DNA from: Eledone cirrhosa
Taxonomy: Eukaryota
NCBI GenBank assembly: GCA_964016885.1
Contig: OZ024757.1
Coordinates: forward strand, 5,766,001 to 5,830,000
DNA: 64,000 nucleotides
Reading direction: 5' to 3'
This document shows positions 59,941-64,000 of the stretch, piece by piece (position 1 is the stretch's first letter; the number at the start of each line of letters is the position of its first letter). Position numbers and translations under genes: made by a program. The notes below the pieces were generated by a model. It saw nothing but the letters and a program-made list of their open reading frames with translations, was not told where the DNA came from and made no database searches.

Positions 59941-61115
59941 TTAGAGAGTGAGGTACCACAGACATCACAGTGATATGATTCCTCTCCTGTATATGTTAGT
60001 GTGTAGTGAAGCAACAAAATTTAGAGAGTGAGGTACCACAGATATCACAGTGATATGGTTCCTCTCCTGTATATGTTAGTGTGTAGTGAAGCCACAACAT
60101 TTAGAGAGTGAGGTACCACAGACATCATAGTGATATGGTTCCTCTCCTGTATATGTTAGTGTGTAGTGAAGTCACAACATTTAGAGAGTGAGGTACCACA
60201 GACATCACAGTGATATACTTCCTTTCCTGTATATGTTAGTGTGTAGTGAAGCCACAACATTTAGAGAGTGAGGTACCACAGACATCACAGTGATATGGTT
60301 CCTCTCCTGTATATGTTAGTGTGTAGTAAAGTCACAACATTTAGAGAGTGAGGTACCACAGACATCACAGTGATATAGTTCCTCTCCTGTATATGTTAGT
60401 GTGTAGTAAAGTCACAACATTTAGAGAGTGAGGTACCACAGTGATATGGTTCCTCTCCTGTATATGTTAGTGTGTAGTGAAGCCACAACATTTAGAGAGT
60501 GAGGTACCACAGACATCACAGTGATATGGTTCCTCTCCTGTATATGTTAGTGTGTAGTGAAGCCACAACATTTAGAGAGTGAAGTACCACAGACACCACA
60601 GTGATATAGTTCCTCTCCTGTATATGTTAGTGTGTAGTAAAGTCACAACATTTAGAGAGTGAGGTACCACAGTGATATGGTTCCTCTCCTGTATATGTTA
60701 GTGTGTAGTGAAGCCACAACATTTAGAGAGTGAGGTACCACAGACACCACAGTGATATAGTTCCTCTCCTGTATATGTTAGTGTGTAGTGAAGCCACAAC
60801 ATTTAGAGAGTGAGGTACCACAGACATCACAGTAATATGGTTCCTCTCCTGTATATGTTAGTGTGTAGTGAAGTCACAACATTTAGAGAGTGAGGTACCA
60901 CAGACATCACAGTGATATGGTTCCTCTCCTGTATATGTTAGTGCGTAGTAAAGTCACAGAATTTAGAGAAGCATTTACCACAGACATCATAGTGATATAG
61001 TTCCTCTCCTGTATATGTTAGTGTATAGTGAATCCACAACATTTAGAGAAAGATTTACAAAATATATCAAAGTGATATGGCTTCCCAGCTGTATGTATAT
61101 GTTTGTGTGTAGTTA
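59941..61115. repeat. 80-bp satellite, about 15 copies (two 71-bp variants)
   Basis: Unit ttagagagtgaggtaccacagacatcacagtgatatggttcctctcctgtatatgttagtgtgtagtgaagccacaacat. Decays at the right end. Confidence 0.97.
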
Positions 61116-61157
61116 ATGTAACATTCAAAGAGAATGGTTTCTCTCACATGTCACAAT

Positions 61158-61991
61158 GAGCTAATACCGCTGCTGGACACAAAAGGTTTCTCTAAAAATG
61201 AAAGGCAGGCTGTATGATGCGTGTATACGAACAGCAATGTTACATGGCAGTGAGACATGGGCATTGTGTGCAGAGGACCTGCACAGATTGGAAAGGAACG
61301 AAGCATGCATGCTCTGTTGGACGTGTAATTGTAATATACATGAACGGCAAAACATAAACAAACTAAGTGAGAATTAGGAATAAGAGGGATCAGATGCTGT
61401 TTACTTGAGAGAAGATTACATTGGTATGGTCATGTGATGCGCATGAAAGATGACATCTTAAAAAAAAAGTGCAGGGATATCAAAATTGATGGAAGTTATG
61501 GAGTAGGTAGACCCAGAAAAACCTGGGATGATATAAAATCCAACCTTGCACACTTACACCTCTCTTAGACAATGTCACTGGATTGAGATCTATGGCACCA
61601 CACAGTAACAGAGAAGACCTGCCTTCCCTACGTGCAAAGTTAACCTACAGTCAGTAGGCCCCTCCTAACCAAATATACACCCCAACCCACACACCCTACT
61701 GCATCCTCCCACTCACACCAACACCACCCTGTCTCTGTAAAGCTATGTTGGTACCACAACATCCAGTCCAAACTAAAGAGGTAGTGTAGGTGTCATCACG
61801 AAAAGACTCCCAGTCCACACTGGAAATGTGGTTGGTGTTAGGAAGGGCATCCAGCCTTAGAAAACCTGCCAGATACAGTCCTATACGAGCGAGACACGGT
61901 CACCTGATCAATCCTGCCTCAAGTGGGACAATTCCCGTCTAACCCATGCTAGCGTGGAAGATAGACGTTAAATGATAATGATGATGATGAT
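61158..61991 (+). mobile_element. RTE LINE 3' fragment (family B) with (GAT)n tail
   Basis: MKGRLYDACIRTAMLHGSETWAL..LERNEACML. Similar to 3810-4290 and 17590-18370. Confidence 0.9.
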
Positions 61992-62765
61992 ATATAGTGT
62001 ATATAATAGTTGTAATGTCACTGGTGCTGATCTATATCAGCCTTTCCCTTGGACAACATGACATATAGTCTATATATATTGGACAATATTATATATAGTG
62101 TATATGTGGTGTATATAGTAGTTGTGACAATATTCTATATACATATGTACACACACACTGACAAACATGTATATACATATAGAAGGGTCGGATGAGAAGT
62201 TCATAGACTGACCAAGTTACTCTCATGGAATGAGACAATGTATACACAAATATATACTATATATATGTATACAAACACATATATATTGTATAGTGAAGTC
62301 ATACAACATATGGTAATATCATGTTTTCAATTGTCAGTTAGGGAGGTACATTGTGTTCTTAAGCAAGACACATCATTCCACATGTCTCTAATCTCCACAG
62401 CTGAAAAAGACAAGTATCAGCTTTAGTTGGAGGTTTAGCATGGGTTGTATCATTCTCTGCCTCCAACATTTTCCCTGCAGCCACAAACCCAGGCTTTACT
62501 ACCTGCAATAGAGAGAAGAGGGAGATAGTTATATACTGGGGCCTGACAAACCACTTCCTATTTGTCCCCACACTGCTGATTTCTTCCTCAAAATTAGAAA
62601 GACAGCAGCCCCCTTGAGGAAGTAGTCTCATGAGGTGGGGTGGATGTTGTAGTGGGTGTCTCTGGCTATTCTCTGTGGTAACACCTTTGCCATTTTGTCT
62701 GTAGGGTGGGGCTGAATCACAGCTCAGACTGAAATATAAAGTCTGTCCCTCTCCCGTTATTTTCG

Positions 62766-62950
62766 TTGGATTGGCAGTGTCGGTAGAGCGTCGGACGCCA
62801 AGCTTTGTAGCATAGAGTTACCTCCCTTTATGATCTGAGTTCAAATCCCGCCGAGGTTAACTTTGCCTTTGATCCTTACGAGGTCGATAAAATAAAGTAC
62901 CAGTAATACACTGCGATAATTACTCGCCTTGTGCCAAAAGTAGAAACAAT
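62766..62950 (+). mobile_element. tRNA-derived SINE with TSD ttattttcgttg
   Basis: A and B boxes plus core. Direct repeat at about 62757 and 62950. Confidence 0.9.
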
Positions 62951-63159
62951 TATTTTCGTTGTTTGATTCGTTTTTTCTTTTTTTTTCCATTACGTAAATA
63001 TTTTATTACCTTTAATAATGTGTTTTGGTTTAATATGAACAGTTATATAACATTAATAACGTTATTTATTCAAATCTGAATAAAGTACTAGCATATCTAT
63101 TGAACGTATGAATCTAAACTATAATAAAAGAAGGAGCGCGGGACTGCGTACAGTTTCTA

Positions 63160-63905
63160 ATTGTTTATCCCATTAATAAAATAAGTTAGATTACTTTGAA
63201 TAAATAATGAATGACTATTACATAATTTATCTACTAAATTTCGGGGCTGTTGATTAAATATATTTTGTTTGTTTAAAAATTCACTTCTTTAAAATTTCTG
63301 AAATGCCAACACTTCCGGTTGGTCATCACTTCAATAAACTATTAATTTTCTGTCACTAATTTTCTCCTAATGCAGTTTATATATAATATCGTCTTTTTTA
63401 ATGTATCATGGATTACGTTACTGATTACATAAGACAGTGTAACACAGTCTTCGTTCAATTTCTGTGTATTATATATTGTCAAGGCGGTGGATTGGCAGTC
63501 TTGGTAGAGCGTCGGACGCCATGCTTTGACGCATAGAGTTACGGCCCTTGTCATTCTGAGTTCAAATCCCGCCGAGGTTAACTTTGCCTTTCATCCTTAC
63601 GGGGTCGATAAAATAAAGTACCAGTAATACACTGGATAAATTACTGGCCTTGTGCCTAACGTTGAAACAATTATATATTGTAAATTACGATTTTATTTGA
63701 TGTATCATATCTACATGTATATATATATACTTGCGTATAATATCAATATACACACTACACATGCTAGCTGAAAACCACCCGAAGGTAGCATGTGTAGTGT
63801 GTATATTGATATTACACGCAGGTATATATACATGTATCATATATACCTGCGTATAATATCAATATACACACTACACACGCTACCTTCGGGTGGTTTTCTG
63901 GTAGT
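63160..63905. repeat. Dispersed repeat (paralogue of 10970-11405) with a fold-back-duplicated end
   Basis: 63774-63904 is a palindrome (aaaaccacccgaaggtagc...gctaccttcgggtggtttt), and 63720-63775 also pairs with 63786-63835. Confidence 0.8.
63483..63670 (+). mobile_element. tRNA-derived SINE nested in the 63160-63905 repeat
   Basis: TSD ttatatattgt(c/a)aa. The empty site is visible in the paralogue at 11085-11105. Confidence 0.92.
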
Positions 63906-64000
63906 TCATATAACGGAAGTTGTTTCTGAATGTATTAAATTGTGTGGGGGACTTTTAAGTCATGACACCGGTGTCAACTAGACGGTGAAATATTACCATT

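Noticed and set aside
62359-62728. ~120-codon minus-strand open frame with acceptor-like sites
   Set aside because: It runs into a SINE-like segment (62350-62420), has no recognisable domain and no convincing donor. More likely repeat-derived.

Overview
AT-rich, gene-poor animal DNA made almost entirely of repeats. The (TA)n load and the SINE and LINE types suggest a cephalopod mollusc such as Octopus (inference). No host gene can be supported beyond one possible 62-bp minus-strand exon, and most ORFs in the track are microsatellite artefacts. The window holds a 5'-truncated RTE-clade LINE (16578-18370) plus many RTE fragments, about 12 tRNA-derived SINE copies, three non-autonomous Helitrons with A|TC...hairpin-CTAG|T ends (one carrying an STPR-like 23-aa-repeat ORF), a piggyBac-type MITE, 21-, 68- and 80-bp satellites, and tandem and inverted segmental duplications. 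The main finding is about 15 short non-coding inserts from several sequence-unrelated families, mostly sitting in (TA)n runs. They share one architecture: a minimal type I hammerhead ribozyme (canonical CUGAUGA or the compensatory UUGANAA core, palindromic loop III), then a conserved 2-nt-bulged hairpin showing covariation, then a terminal hairpin. They very often occur as fold-back palindromes, several centred on or just upstream of ribozyme stem II. They look like a diverse population of Penelope-like pLTR or retrozyme-type RNA elements. All structures were read by eye and have not been computed.
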